Of a stretch of DNA of 64,000 bases, positions 26,645 to 40,079 are shown in pieces. This DNA is from Lytechinus pictus (lineage: Eukaryota). Made by a program: the position numbers and the translations under genes. The notes beneath the pieces are model-generated. The model searched no databases and was not told where the DNA came from. It saw only the letters and a program-made list of their open reading frames with translations. The stretch spans positions 26,042,001 to 26,106,000 of the forward strand of contig NC_087252.1 in the NCBI RefSeq assembly GCF_037042905.1, read 5' to 3'. Positions within the stretch are counted from its first letter, which is position 1, and each line of letters begins with the position of its first letter.

Positions 26645-27309
26645 AGCTCCGACAGGCTTGGCATCATGGTTTCGCCCCGGGCTGCTCGGGCCTTTTGTAG
26701 CAGCAACCTCGTTGTACCCCTTCGCAGTTGATTTGCTTTTAATTGTGAGTTTCTCGATCAGGAGACGTTAATTTGAAACAATAAAATCAGTATAATGAAA
26801 TAGTCATACCTTGCTCCAAAGGGTCCAGCGTAGTCAGCAGTATTAGTAGACTGATGTGGATTATTCCATAAAGTATGGTCCAAAGTGCAAAAGGTTACAT
26901 TTTGCCAAAATATTGAGCACAACAGTCTAAATTCCTGGAGGAACTACGAAGCGCGTCCTTTCGCGCCCGCGTCCATATTTGCATTGGTTCAGACCTCATC
27001 CAACACTCATCCAACACTTTTGAATCCTGCTCTTTCCGTGGTGGCATGATCTTAACAAGCATGGCATCATTTTAAAGAGAATTAAATGATCTTCTGAATA
27101 ATGTAAAAGATGTGTTGTTAAAAATTGGGAGTTGGGAAAAATTAATGGCCAAAGTCAGATTTCCAGAACTTTTTTTGCTCGTTTTCCAACTTCTCAATTC
27201 AGACCTTATTTAACACTTTAGAATCCTACTCTTTTCATGATGACATGATCATCACAAGAATGGAATCATTTTAAAGAGAATTAAATGATCTTTTGAATGA
27301 TGTAATGAA

Positions 27310-27835
27310 ATCTCCTGTCAAACGCCTTTTCAGCCACATGGCTCTTTGTGCATATACAAATAAATGAAAATCAACTATTTCGAGTACTCCCCTTTCGTAC
27401 TCCATATAGACATCACATTTCTTTTGACCTTATCTTTACCATTCCAAAAGAAATCAAACATTAACTTTCGATCTCCTCAAACATCCATATTGGTACTGCT
27501 AAAAATGAAGACACATAATTTATTTTAGAAAGTGTAAATGTTTTCAGAAATTGTATTTTGCCCATAAGGGTGAGATGTCTTCCAACATATTGATATATAT
27601 ATTTTTTTTTTTTTACTTTTTTTTACTCAATATTTTGACAGCTTCAATTAATTTACCAAGAGGAACTTCAATATTCTTTTTTTAAAGGACCCAACCGTAA
27701 TATAAAGGTTTAATCTTTATTCATTTTTAAGCCTGATATCATAACAAAACCTCCAAATATTTTTCCGATTTTACCAATAGATTGGGAATACCTCACAAAA
27801 AGTGTCATATCATCCGCGTCGAGCGCTTCTACATT
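27310..27835 (-). mobile_element. Fragment of a Tx1/L1-type LINE RT
   Basis: ADDMTLFV...ISGLKMNKD in ORF 27710..27916. Confidence 0.65.
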
Positions 27836-29172
27836 ACTAAAACCGATTCCGAATGCTATATTTGATCTAAATTCTTGATAATTCCAGATAATTCCAGTCC
27901 TCGCACTATCCTGCATTCTGACGTTTGATAGAGTGCAGGATAGTACTTTTTGTATGAAGTCGGCCGACGTCAGACATTGTCAGAGTGCAGGATAGTGCAT
28001 TTTGGAATGGAATAGTGCAATTCGCTGGATATCATGTGATCCGAATTGGACCAATCAGATTACAGAACATTTTGGGGAGTTGGATATTGAACTCCTTAGC
28101 ATGCACTACACAGGAGGATCCAGGGGGTCCCGAGGGGCCCGCCCCCTCCTATTGGCGGAGCAAAAAAATTAGAAAAGGGAAAAGAAAGAAAAAAGAAAAA
28201 GAAGGGGGAAGAAAAAGAAGGGGAAAGAAAGGAGGAAAAAAGAAGAGGAACAATAAGAGGAGGGAGACGAGTGAAGAAAATAACATCAGGGGAAGACTTT
28301 AAAGATAATTTTGATAATATTTCATGTCTCTGTATTGAATTTTCACTCGCGTTCGCGCTCGCATTGCCTGTTCGATGAGATACAAATTTTGCTCAATTGG
28401 CTGACAATGTTAGCTTAAAAAATTAAGTTTTGAAGTCATTATACAAAACATATTTCAACTCGGACATCGAGCTTTCATTATTTTGGTAGATTTACATTTT
28501 TTTTTATTTTAAAGTGTAAAATGTCCGTTTTATGGTGTGAAAATCAACATTTTCATGATTGCGCTGTGCGCTCGCATTATTTGATTTGCCAAGTAGGCCT
28601 ACCTATTGTCTTTGTGTATTCCAGAAGATTCTCAAAATATCCATTTTCAGGTGTGACTGTCAAAAACAAAGGCCTATCAACTAGCGTTGCGCGCTCGCAT
28701 TTTGTTTGGTGAGTTATGCATATACCTATATTAATTCTATAACAAACTACTTCAAATCCCCAGCTTTATGACAGTGTACCAACAACTTCAGCTCACAATT
28801 TGCGCTCACATTTAATTGTTAAGAATTTATCAACCTATGAATCCTATTCATGAATACAAAAGTGCTTAAAACATTAAGTTTTCATGCCTCAACGTTAACA
28901 AATTTCAAGCACTCATATTAGGATTATTAGATTAATATGAATTCCTAATAATTAAATTCCCTTTTTGAGAAAGAAATATCGACAAGTTTCATATCGCGCT
29001 TAGAAAGAGGAAGATAGACATAATTTTCATATGCTTGATGACAAAATGTCCTTAGGCCTAGAATGTCCCGGTCCGAGATCAAAATGATATTAAAAATATG
29101 AGCTCGCGCTTCGCGCACGCAACATTTATTAAGTGCTATCCACTTCACAATTTCCCTACACAGAGCTTTATA

Positions 29173-31131
29173 CAGTGCATATCAAAAAAAGTTTACACTT
29201 TGAAAAAGCCCTGGGAATTAAAAAATATACAACATGTGGGTAATTTTTTCACATATAATATTGGGTTTTGGTCTCATCTATCAAATGAAAGTAAAAGTTT
29301 TGACAGAATGTTACACTTGAGTGAGCACTGTCCATTTTTGTAAAGCTCGCAGAAATCTGTTTGCGCAGAAATGCTTGTTTTCACGCTGTGTCAAGGGGAA
29401 CGGGCGAAATCAAACTTACCCTGCGAAACATTTTTCATACATTTCCCTTGTAATTTTAGTCAATTTAGATAAAACGGATATATTCAAGGATTTTGTAACA
29501 ATTTTGCCACCCAAGTTGAAATTTCAACACTAAGTAAGCACAAACTTAACCCTTTTTGTGCCAACGGTATTTAAGGACATAGCTGAATCTGACCAAAGTT
29601 TACATCAGACATCTCCAGCATTTTTTCATTAAGTTTTTGTCTCACCTGCATAGCAGAGTGAGACTATAGGCGCCGCTTTTCCGACGGCGATGGCGGCGGC
29701 GACGGCGGCGACGGCGGCGGCGGCGTCAACACCAAATCTTAACCTGAGGTTAAGTTTTTGAAATGACAGCATAACTTAGAAAGTATATGGACCTAGTTCA
29801 TGAAACTTGGCCATAAGGTTAATCAAGTATTACTGAACATCCTGCTTGAGTTTCATGTCACATGACCAAGGTCAAAGGTCATTTAGGGTCAATGAACTTA
29901 GACCATGTTGGGGGAATCAACATCAGAATCTTAACCTAAGGTTAAGTTTTTGAAATGACAGCATAACTTAGAAAGTATATGGACCTAGTTCATGAAACTT
30001 ATACATAAGGTTAATCAAGTATCACTGAACATCCTGCATGAGTTTCACGTCACATGACCAAGGTCAAAGGTCATTTAGGGTCAATGAACTTTGGCCGAAT
30101 TGGGGGTATCTGTTGAATTACCATCATAACTTTGAAAGTTTATGGATCTGATTCATGAAACTTGGACATAATAGTAATCAAGTATTACTAAACATCCTGT
30201 GCAAGTTTCAGGTCACATGATCAAGGTCAAAGGTCATTTAGGGTCAATGAACTTTGGCCAAATTGGGGTATTTGTTGAATTACAGCCATAAATTTGAAAG
30301 TGTGTTGGTCTAGTTCATAAAACTTGGACATAATAGTAATCAAGTATCACTGAACATCCTGTGCGAGTTTCAGGTCACATGATCAAGGTCAAAGGTCATG
30401 TAAGGTCAAAGAACTTTGGCCACGTTGGGGGTATTTGTTGAATTGCCATCATATCTCTATAAGTGTATTGGTCTAGTTCATAAAACGTGGAAATAAGAGT
30501 AACCAAGTATCACTGAACATCTTGTGCGAGTTATAGTAGTTTTCAAAATCAGCACTGCTGCTATATTGAATCGCGTGATGCAGGTGAGACGGCCAGAGGC
30601 ATTCCACTTGTTATCATTTAAAGTGGGTTTACATTTCAATTTTCATTTAATACTTGTTTCTCCACACTTTTCCCAAGCTTGACAATGATTAAAAAGATGA
30701 AAATCAAGCCTAAGCCATTTCATGTAAATCACAGCTCAGTGTAAAGCAAATATCTTCTTAATGGCCTTGGTTTGTGGGGAAGTGGGGTGGGGCGCAATGC
30801 ACTCTTTGAAGTGTTTTGGGCAAGGAAACAAGTTAAAAAAGGTGAAAGATATCTTCAAATAAATTTTACTAGCTAAATTCAACGTGTTCTTCATGATTAA
30901 GGTCTCCTTTTATTCGCATAACTATTTCAAAGTTCTGCGCAAATTATTTTTCACTAACTTTTCAAAAGTAAGTGGTGCTCACTCAAGCGGAAATATTTTT
31001 AGACAGTTATATCGTAATTTGCTTAAATGGATCTGTACCAATGTTAAAATGTGGGAAAATCTTCAGGATAGTACCAATGAATAATTTTATATGATTTTTT
31101 CAAAGTGTAAACTTTTTTTTGATACGCACTG
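29173..31131 (+). mobile_element. Tc1/mariner-type MITE, TA TSD (copy 1)
   Basis: TA|CAGTGCATATCAAAAAAAGTTTACACTTTGAAAAA ... TTTTTCAAAGTGTAAACTTTTTTTTGATACGCACTG|TA. Confidence 0.9.
29637..30611 (+). mobile_element. HINE/DINE-like element with 160-190-bp internal tandem repeats
   Basis: Hairpin GTCTCACCTGCATAGCAGAGTGAGAC, (GGC)n microsatellite, AAGGTCAAAGGTCA repeats, subterminal GCAGGTGAGAC, ends CTTG in a T run. Confidence 0.85.
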
Positions 31132-31892
31132 TATAGTGCTTAAATTGGCCCTTTTCATACCGGAATATCAAATATTTTCAGCTCGTGCTCGCATTATTGA
31201 TTTTCATGATAAAAAATGAAATGTATTCAGAATGCCCAGATTCTAATTCTAAAAAAAACGTGTAGGCATGTTTATTGAGATACGCAACTTGATCTTTATT
31301 CAAAACGTGCTAAAATTATCCAGTTCCAGATCATAATATCAAAAATTTTCTACTCGCACGTTGCGCTCGCATTATTAATAAAGGTAGATACCAAATTACC
31401 CATCCCTTTTCATGTTTTACAGAACATAAATAGAGTGCCCCGTTTTAAGGTCAGAAATCTTATTTTTCCGCTAGCGCTTCGTGCTCGCATCAATTGTTTG
31501 GTTATATACCTATACCGGTAATGATTACAAAAAGTGCTTAGAATGTCATTTTTAAGGTCGGAATGTCAAAAGTTTTAACCTCGCACTTTTTCATCTCGCA
31601 TAATTTAATCGTTAAAATATGTATCGTCTTAATGACTAACTGTAAGTCATCCTTAACAAGTCCCTTTTTCGATCAGGCCAGAACGCATATTAAAAATTTC
31701 TGCTCGCGCTTCGCACTCATAGTAATTACCTAGAATGTGCAATTTCCGGGACAAAATACATGAAATCCCAAAGAAAAATAGCTTGCATTTCGCGTTCGCA
31801 CTAAAATAGGGCTTATGAGTTTATTACACATTTATGTTGTTTTATAAGAATAAAGCTTAGAAATGACTGTTATAGTACATGGGCGGTTTGGT

Positions 31893-32311
31893 TACACTTC
31901 GTAATTCCGAAACACGCAAATTGCCTATACCTCGATGTTCGTTAATCCGAAAACGTAAAAGGGTTCGTTAATCCGAACATTTGTGGCGTTATTCCGAAGG
32001 TTCGATAATCCGAAAACGAAATAAGGTTCGATGTTCCGACGGTTCGTTAATCCGAAAACGAAATAAGGTTTGTTGTTCCGAAGGTTCGTTGATCCGAAAA
32101 CGAAATAAGGTTCGTTCTTCTGAAGGTTCGTTATTCCGAAAACGAAATAAGGTCAGTTAATCATTTAGTTTTCGGACTAACGAACCTCACTTCGTTTTCG
32201 GACTAACGAACCTTCGGAATAACGAACCTTCGGAAATACGAACCTTCGGAATAACGAACCTTCGGAATATCCAAACCTTCGGAATAACGAAGCTTCGGAA
32301 TTACGAATGTA
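31893..32311. mobile_element. Small TIR element with inverted arrays of TTCCGAAGGTTCGTTA repeats
   Basis: TACACTTCGTAATTCCGAA ... TTCGGAATTACGAATGTA; repeat orientation flips near 32165. Confidence 0.8.
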
Positions 32312-32699
32312 TGCGGGGCGTTCCCCCCCCCCCCCCCCCATTTTTCACGACCAAGAAAAAAAGAAGACAAAAGGAAAGGGATAAGGGTGAAATATTAAAT
32401 GATTTTCTAAATGTTATGTCGAAATCTTTCGCAATCTTGGATTTTTGTAATAAAAATGTCTTAATTTTCGTTTGCTCGCAACTTCTTATCAATTTTACGT
32501 ACGCCATATCTAGCCCCCCCCCCCCCCCCTTAAAAATGTTGGGCTAATTCCGCCACTGGCACTATATGTATAATATTGTACGACATTATGTAGTGCTATG
32601 TAATGACCCATTATAATGTTATTCATGCATACTCTACAGTGAATATGCACAATGCAGCCCTGGCACAATGGATGTACACACATATCCTACATGTACCTG

Positions 32700-34220
32700 C
32701 CTAAAGGACCAACACTCCACCATTACTTCTCTTGCTGAGGTAACGGATGACTGGTTTCATTGTATGGACAATGGGCAGTATACAGGGGCTATTTTTATAG
32801 ACCTCCAAAAGGCTTTCGACCTGGTCGATCATGCAATTCTCTTATCCAAACTTAAAAATATTGGTATATCTGGTGATGAATTGCATTGGTTCAAAAGTTA
32901 TTTGACTAATAGAAGAATATGTACATCCATTATTGGAAATTTATCAGAAGAAAGGGTCATTTTTTAAGGGAGTACCCCCAGGGATCTCTCCTTGGACCCT
33001 TACTGTTAATTTCATTTATTGATGATGTAATTTCTGTATTTAAAGAGTGCACCGTACACCGCATGCTGACCACACAGTAATATATTTCTCACATAAAGAT
33101 GTTAGAGTTATCGAACTCGTTCTTAATAAGGCACTGGAAAGTCTATCTGCCTGGATGAACAGGAATAATTTGAAAATAAACTATGATAAAACTGTAAGCA
33201 TGTTGATTGGAACGCCAAAAATGCTTTAAAGGTCACACCATTTACAACTAAAAATTGACTGTCATTTGCTGACTCAAGTAAAAAGCTTTTTAAAGTATCT
33301 ATGTGTCTTTGTGGATGAAAACATGAGGTGGAATTATCACTTAAATTATTTATGTAAAAAAACTGGGGATAATTATTGGTTATATTGCACGGCTAAAGCA
33401 TTTTGTAAATTTGTCAGAATTAAAGTAATAATATATAACTCAATAATTTTACCTCATTTTGATTATGATGACATTATCTATCAATGTGCAAACAAATTTC
33501 TACTTAACCAACTTAAAAAAATCAAAATAGAGCTGGAAGGATAATCTTGAAAATTTACCCCTATTCACACACTTCAACTTCTCAAATTCATTCTATTCTG
33601 GGTTGGGACACTATTCAAAAGAGACAGTATACTCACTTGATATTATTCATGTAAAAGATTAGTAACAAAATGTCCATTGAATATATAAAAAATATGTTTC
33701 ATACAAAAGCTACTCCTTAACCTCTTAGAAATAAAAAATAATATATGTTTACCCAGACCTGGAACCAATAGTAGTAAAAGATCTTTCTCTTACCGAGCTG
33801 CCTCTGAATTCAACAGAATCCCTTTGTGTGTGCGTAATGTCACCACTTCCCATTCTTTTTGAAATATATTTTTTAAAATATATCTGTGATAAATGAAATT
33901 AAATCACTGATTTGTACCGGGGGGGGGTAGGTGTATGTTATATGATTTTTCTTTGTTCTTAATTATTACACTTTTATGTCTGATGGTCAACTTCCTTTAC
34001 ATTATGGTAATCATAGCCTTTTTGCAAGTAGACTGGCTCTATGGAAGACCAGCAGCAATGCATTATTGCAGCTGAATATGGATTACCAGCCGTATAATTT
34101 ACTTTATTTCTTACATTTTATTATTGTATCTTAACATTGACCTCATCATCTCATGTTATACGTATTTGTATGTACTATTTGTACTTGTTATTTTATACAC
34201 GGAAATAAAACAAACAAACA
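32700..34220 (+). mobile_element. 5'-truncated decayed CR1/L2-type LINE (RT and 3' end)
   Basis: FIDLQKAFDLVDH, GVPQGSLLGP, HADHT (degenerate YADD), ILPHFDY; AATAAA plus (CAAA)n near 34204-34220. Confidence 0.85.
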
Positions 34221-34254
34221 AGGTAGTGTTCGCATTTACTACGGATAATCTCTG

Positions 34255-34503
34255 TACAACGCATCGATTTCTTTGAAAATGCAAATTAAAATCACAATGG
34301 AGAACTGAGAGCACTTTGTCCAAAGTTGGTGGATTGGCAGGCAGATCATCTGAAGATTTGCACCGGACGAACACTTGCAAATATGTAGTTGTCCAGAGTC
34401 AAGAGATTCCGATGCTGTCCCTCTGTCCATCAACTTTCGACAAAAAACTATCAGCTCTCCGTTGTGATTTGACTTGCATTTTCAGAGGAGTTTGGGTGTT
34501 GTA
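34255..34503. mobile_element. Degenerate inverted-repeat MITE
   Basis: GAAAATGCAAATTAAAATCACAATGGAGA...GGTGGA inverted to TCCATC...CTCTCCGTTGTGATTTGACTTGCATTTTC. Confidence 0.6.
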
Positions 34504-35396
34504 AAGAATTACCATGTAGTAAACAGGGGGTAAATGCGAAAAGTCTCAAATGAAAGCAATTGCGATGTACAGTCCCATATTCTTTGTAATATAAATGTGT
34601 ACATATGTAAATCAGTATGCATATCTGATTGCCTAAATTGCCCCCGACCAAATATGAGATTGAATGAGGTAACAATAACAGAAATGATATTGAAACAGAT
34701 CCAGATCTCCATGTACATTAGCATACTTTTAAACTTTAATCGGAAGTGAGAAGGGGAGAGATAGATAGATAGATATATAGAAACAGACAGACAGAAGCTG
34801 ATAGATTACTCTATCAAAATCTCTTGGAACCAATCTCTCTCTATATCCAATTTAAAAGCATGTAACTTGTTTTCTGCAGATAATCCAGTCAATGACGGCA
34901 CTATCTTAGTTCACAATTTACATTTTCAAATGGAAATAAGGATTTTTGTGGGAATAACACTAACTCGAATACACATGTAACATGTATTAAAATGAATAAA
35001 AAAGCATCAGATGTGTAATGAAAACAATTAATGTATACAATACATAGTTGCAGACAGAAGAGAGATCCCCAAGGAACAGGACATGTTCTGTAACCAGAGT
35101 TAATCATTTTATAGAGACAAAATTGTTTCCTACAAGCAAAGAATTCTTAAACCAGTCCAATACTGTGCCCTGACCGGAATATCATGATTTTTTCAATGGG
35201 AGCTTGACTTTCGCGAGAAACATAAGACCTCACAAGCCTTGGTACATAATCTTGTAAAAAAATATTTTATCATACAAAACTAAAATGCTAAGGCGTATGG
35301 GTAACTTAGGTTACTAAAATTAGAAATTATTTCTGCAATAAATAGGGATATAATTGCATTTATTACATATGCTTATTGTTTTTATAGCAAAATTAC

Positions 35397-35483
35397 CTTG
35401 TATTCCATCAGTGTGAGTATGCCGACGTGTCCATTTCCAAAGAATGAAAACCACTGCAGCCCCAAGGAAAACCATCAGAATAA
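35397..35483 (-). CDS. Ig-superfamily membrane protein, transmembrane exon (phase 1-1)
   Basis: TTTTCAG acceptor, GTAATT donor; VILMVFLGAAVVFILWKWTRRHTHTDGIQ is a hydrophobic helix followed by basic residues. Confidence 0.8.
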
Positions 35484-36084
35484 CTGAAAAAAAATCCCCA
35501 CATTTTAATAGATGAGCTATGATTGTGATAGCTGGTAAAATCTTTACTTAACAAGGTGCTTACTCGTGTTAGTCATGCTATTCACGTTCATTAATTAAAA
35601 TGTACAAAATTATCTCAATTTACATGGTTTATGCTTGGCTTATTAAAAAAAAAAAGAAATCAGGTCCTCATTCCATAATCACAGGCTTTTTATCCTTCTA
35701 TCGGGGGATAAGGTGTTTGCGTAATTATTCTTCTTATTGTTATTGTATTTATTATAATAATAATTATTATCATTATACATTATTGTTATTATTATTATCA
35801 TTATAACTATTATTATAAATGTACTGTTATCATTATTATTACTATTAGTAACATTCTACTTTTCTCGATGTGCCCCCGTGGCGTTCTACCAAAAACCCAT
35901 TTCGAGAGAAAGGGATTTTTTGTATTATTACATCAGTTGAAAGATTATAACATCACATTCTCCTAACATTTTCCTTTTCTTGAGAGCGGATACTAATCGA
36001 TTCGGGGCATTTTAGGTTAACAGTATTTTGTGCCATTCGTATATAGAGCAAAATGAAATTGATTGAAAATAGATTAAACAATAC

Positions 36085-36498
36085 CAATCGTCACTGCTAT
36101 GGTAACAGGACTTCCTTCTTTCATAGTCTCAACAGTTCCTGGTATTGTTTCTGATGGAATAAAAATAGATGATTCCACCAAGATCGATGCGGCTTTCCGT
36201 TCTCTCGACCCGGGTACATTTGACGCAACACATGTGTATAAAGTTTCACTTGGGCTAGCTTCGATGGAAATTGACATGTTTTTTGTTGAATCAATATTAG
36301 TTTGCTCTTTTTTATTTATGGTAGTTAGTTGTCTAGTTCCATGCAAGAAGAAAAGTTCTATATCAGGATAGTAATTAGTCACCGAGCAGGTTAAGTTAAT
36401 AGTTCGGTTGGCCAAGACACTGCAAGTCTCTGAGTTGCTGACCGATGACACATTATTGGTACACCCATCGATAACTGGATAGGGTTCTTTCGGGGGAG
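36085..36498 (-). CDS. Ig-superfamily membrane protein, C-type Ig plus stalk exon (phase 1-1)
   Basis: TTTTAG acceptor, GTATTG donor; APPKEPYPVIDGC...LTCSVTNYYPDIELFF...YTCVAS. Confidence 0.85.
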
Positions 36499-36944
36499 CT
36501 AAAAGATAAAAATAAAATGGGATGTTTTAAATATGATATCGCCATTGCAATCATCAGCATCAATGCTATTCATGATTATGTTTTTTTTTCAGCAATATAG
36601 TACATGTATATCTCGTAATTACGTTATAGTTTTATTTTGTAACATGTTTAATACCTCAATAAGACAAGCATATTGATCTTTTATTAAAAAGTATTAGTAT
36701 TGTCTATGCAAAATACACTAAAAATATTCAACGGTCAAAGAATATGAGAGATGTTCGATTTTTTATGTCACACATAGTTCTCAAGAGTGCTTATAGCGTT
36801 TACATTATTGTATTTGAATGTAGGATTAAAATGCATATTATGTTCCATGCCAAGATCATCTCAATGCCAATGAGCTCTCCAAAATATATTCATCTGGTAA
36901 AATGTGTTTACCATAATATATTCAACGGGGGGCTATAATCTTAC

Positions 36945-37292
36945 CATATAAACTGACATCTGTAAAGTTGTGTATGATGTTCCCCTTGTAGTTGGAAACT
37001 CTGCAGATATATCTACCTTGTTCGGAAATACTGACTTCTTTGATGATCAGGGAATAATTTTCATTCATTCCCATGATGTCACACACACGTCGACGTTCGC
37101 ATTTACCAGTGACATCATCAGAAGGAACCCTTGAGACGAGGTTTGGTGAATTTCTTGGGTCGTCACCTTTCTTCCAGGAGACAGCCATAGGTGAACCTCG
37201 AAACTGACATGTCAGAACTGCTCTATCTCCTATTCTTACATCTTTGTGGAGCTCAGTGTAGACAACATCATCAGGAACATCCCCGTGAATCC
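36945..37292 (-). CDS. Ig-superfamily membrane protein, V-set Ig exon (phase 1-1)
   Basis: TAG acceptor, GTAAG donor; IHGDVPDDVVYTELHKDVRIGDRAVLTCQFRGSPMAVSWKK...SLIIKEVSISEQGRYICRV has the C, W and Y-x-C of a V-set domain. Confidence 0.85.
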
Positions 37293-37509
37293 CTATATGA
37301 CACAGATAATATTATTCACAATAGAACACACACTTTTTGTAATATTCGGAGTCTTTTCTCATTTCATTCTATTCAGCAAAGAATACATCAAGTTTTCATT
37401 AATCTATGATTTTTTTTTATATAAAGTTATTTCAAATATATAGGGAACCTAGTTCAGTAACATCTAAAGTGTCGAAGTATTATCATTATTATTTTGGAGG
37501 GGGGGTATT

Positions 37510-38682
37510 GGACCACACAAAAATTGTCGCCCCGCGACAATTTGTGCTGCACGTGCCGGTCTCAATTTTTAAGCATATTGAGCCAATTTGTGTCGGCAAA
37601 AAGAAATCTAGAACAATTGTCGCCCAATACAAATTGTCAACCACCAGGCTTGTGTGTAGTGTATGTGCGTCCTGGCGTGTGTCGTTGATCGTGGAAAGGT
37701 TATGTGCGTTGTGTAAAGGTGAGTGTTGTGTTGGTAAGGGTGTGTAAGTTTGTGCGTGACTGTGTGTGTGAAATATTACTATTAATATTATTTATTATTA
37801 TTAGTTTTTTCATTCATTTTTTTTTTTTTTTTTTTTTGGGGGGGGGTATAGCTACTTGGTCTAGCAGTAGAATTTGATCAAACTCTCTGATCGTCTAATA
37901 CCATACGAGCTAAACCCATTTACTCTAGTAACAGTTTGGTCTTATTTCCACTTGGACTAATGTATAGGACTTGGTCGAATATAATTGATCGGTAAAATTG
38001 CTGAATAGTCGAATAACCGAATGGTCTAATCACATTTTCGTCATCCAAATCCCAAATAAATATATCCAGTCTGTTACAGCAATTGACCAAGTAGTGTTAG
38101 ACCAATTAGATATTAAACGGAATAGATATTACACCAAATGAAAATTAGACGAACTGGTAAATAAGCAAAATGACAATTAGACCAAAAAGGTAAACTGGCT
38201 GTAGACGAAATGGAATTGGACCATGTTTAGGAGGCTTAACGGCCATTAGTCAAATCTGGTTTAGACCAACTGGCAATTTACCTTTGGGGAGGCGAATGTA
38301 GAGAGCAGCAGCAGTTTTTATCCACACGGTCTAACAATGCTAACAGCAGTTTGACTAATTCTCCGTTTGTCTAATAACACATGGGCTTAACCCATTTGGT
38401 CTACTAATAATTTGGTCTGATTTTCAATTGGTCTAATATATACTTGGTTTAATTCTCATTTGGTCTAATGACTAATTCGTGTAATAGCAAAATGGTCTAG
38501 TTGCATTTGCAACTCTACATGACCTATTTTGTTTGTTTGTTATAAAGTGTTAAGTGAAATGGGGTGACAATTTGTGGTGTCCCCTCCTCTACAAACTGAG
38601 GCGACAATTTGTGCCGGGCTGACATTTTGTGGTGTCAAATTTTGCACAAATTGTCGCGGGGCGACAATTTGTGGTGCAACAG
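37510..38682. mobile_element. TIR element with a nested TTAGACCAA-repeat element (about 37845-38510)
   Basis: AAATTGTCGCCCCGCGACAATTTGTGC inverted to GCACAAATTGTCGCGGGGCGACAATTT; internal TTGGTCTAA/TTAGACCAA arrays. Confidence 0.75.
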
Positions 38683-38769
38683 GGGTGTATCAAACCACAT
38701 TTAAAGCATTGAATAAAAAAAATTGTGATAATAAAATAATACGGTTTATTGGGATGTAAGGGCTTTGGT

Positions 38770-39300
38770 ATTGGAACTATGTAAATATATTTTGGAACTA
38801 ATTTACAGCTTATTTATCGATGTTGGATTTTTTACACTAGACAAACGGACCGTAGTTGTTAGATTTTTACATAAACAACAAGATGCTAAAATGATTAGAT
38901 GAAACATGTCTTACTTATAGCAAAGAGGTGTTTTTACACAAGCCTAAATGGTAACAATAAGCCAAGCATTGACTATTTAAAAAGAATGTTGCTTTATTCG
39001 TACATAGAAGAAATGCACATCACCAAAAGGAAGGGAAAATTATATCTCCACCAAAGAAAATGGAAATGTATTAAGCCACTATTTAATTCCAATCACTGCT
39101 AAAAAGATTACGATTTTTTTTTGGTCTATACTCCTTTTTTTCTGTACTAACCTTTTCTATTACATAAGCAACAATTGTAACGAACTCGTACTTACTTTGT
39201 TATATACATTGCTATGTATAAACACAAAAAGTATGAATGTATCCTTATTGATCTATATTTACATGTTTTATTGAAAGTATCGATAAAATACTATTGAATT
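38770..39300 (+). mobile_element. 3' end fragment of a Tx1/L1-type LINE
   Basis: KHVLLIAKRCFY...HQRKWK resembles the ORF2 C-terminus. Confidence 0.55.
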
Positions 39301-39779
39301 ATTAAAAACAGCATAATGAAAATAATGACCTAATCTTCTTAAAATGTGCATTAGCTATTGCATTTATCCTGGTAGAATTGACATTACTGCTCAATGGGGA
39401 ACTAACTTTAATTCAACTGCTCAACATAAACATTGACTTGAATTAAATAAATGGGAATGAAATACTACTATTACACTCGTAAGAGATCTTAAATATAGAG
39501 TAAAAATTAATGAGAAATTACCTAGTCGAGACTGATTCCTTTAAATCTTTGGTATTTTTACATAAAAGAAATATGTGTGAACTGTGAATAATACTATAAA
39601 TGTTTAACTGAAAGGTGGGGTGAAAGAAATAGAAAAAAAAATACAACTGGATATCAGGGGGCACATCCGGCTCTTGCCTCCCTGTTTGAGAGTCATATTC
39701 AAATTTTTTATGCAAATATGCCATTTTTACCAAAGTGTGCCCCCCCCCCTTTGAAAGCGAGGACCCTTTTTTCTTCTTA

Positions 39780-39811
<32 letters not shown>

Positions 39812-40079
39812 GCTGCTCAAATATTTTACAGTCAAAATGATCTTTAAAAATTACATGAAAACCTTTTTTTGTGCTTCTCTAAAAAAGTACCCACTTTCAA
39901 AAGGCGGACACACTTGGGTAAAAGCCGTATATTTATATTACAATTGTTTATTATGGCTCTCAAGGGGGGCGGCTGTCACCCCCGGATATGCCAGTGCAAT
40001 AGTAGCTGCTAAGACTTATGGAATAAGGACTTAAACGTTCCAAATCACTTCAGAAAATCCAAAACTTGTTTAAGTGATT

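Larger units (their letters stand above)
21650..26980 (-). mobile_element. Near full-length decayed CR1/L2-group LINE (ORF1; ORF2 with PHD, APE, RT)
   Basis: ORF1 CLIFSGIAES...IDRSHRL...IYINENLT; PHD-like CSICNKSV...CTVCSQWVH; APE HLNVRS, SETWL, LGDFN, SDH; RT DLRKAFD, GVPQGSILGP, YADDT; TTTA-type tail near 21650-21690. Confidence 0.92.
20711..27178. mobile_element. Tc1/mariner-like MITE hosting a SINE fragment and the CR1/L2 LINE
   Basis: AAAAAAGTTTGGAAATCTGACTTTG (about 20721) is inverted to CAAAGTCAGATTTCCAGAACTTTTTT (about 27150-27176); follows a TA run; internal approx. 240-bp repeats on both sides. Confidence 0.65.
28110..32559. mobile_element. CGCGCTTCGCGCTCGC-family TIR element (hAT-like ends) hosting nested insertions
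   Basis: Starts CAGGAGGATCCAGGGGG, ends AATTCCGCCACTG; similar to 2330-7837; may be more than one copy. Confidence 0.6.

Noticed and set aside
35044..35087. Possible small cytoplasmic exon of the Ig gene (EHVLFLGDLSSVCNY)
   Set aside because: Phase-compatible, but short, with no homology cue and no downstream exon identified; left uncalled
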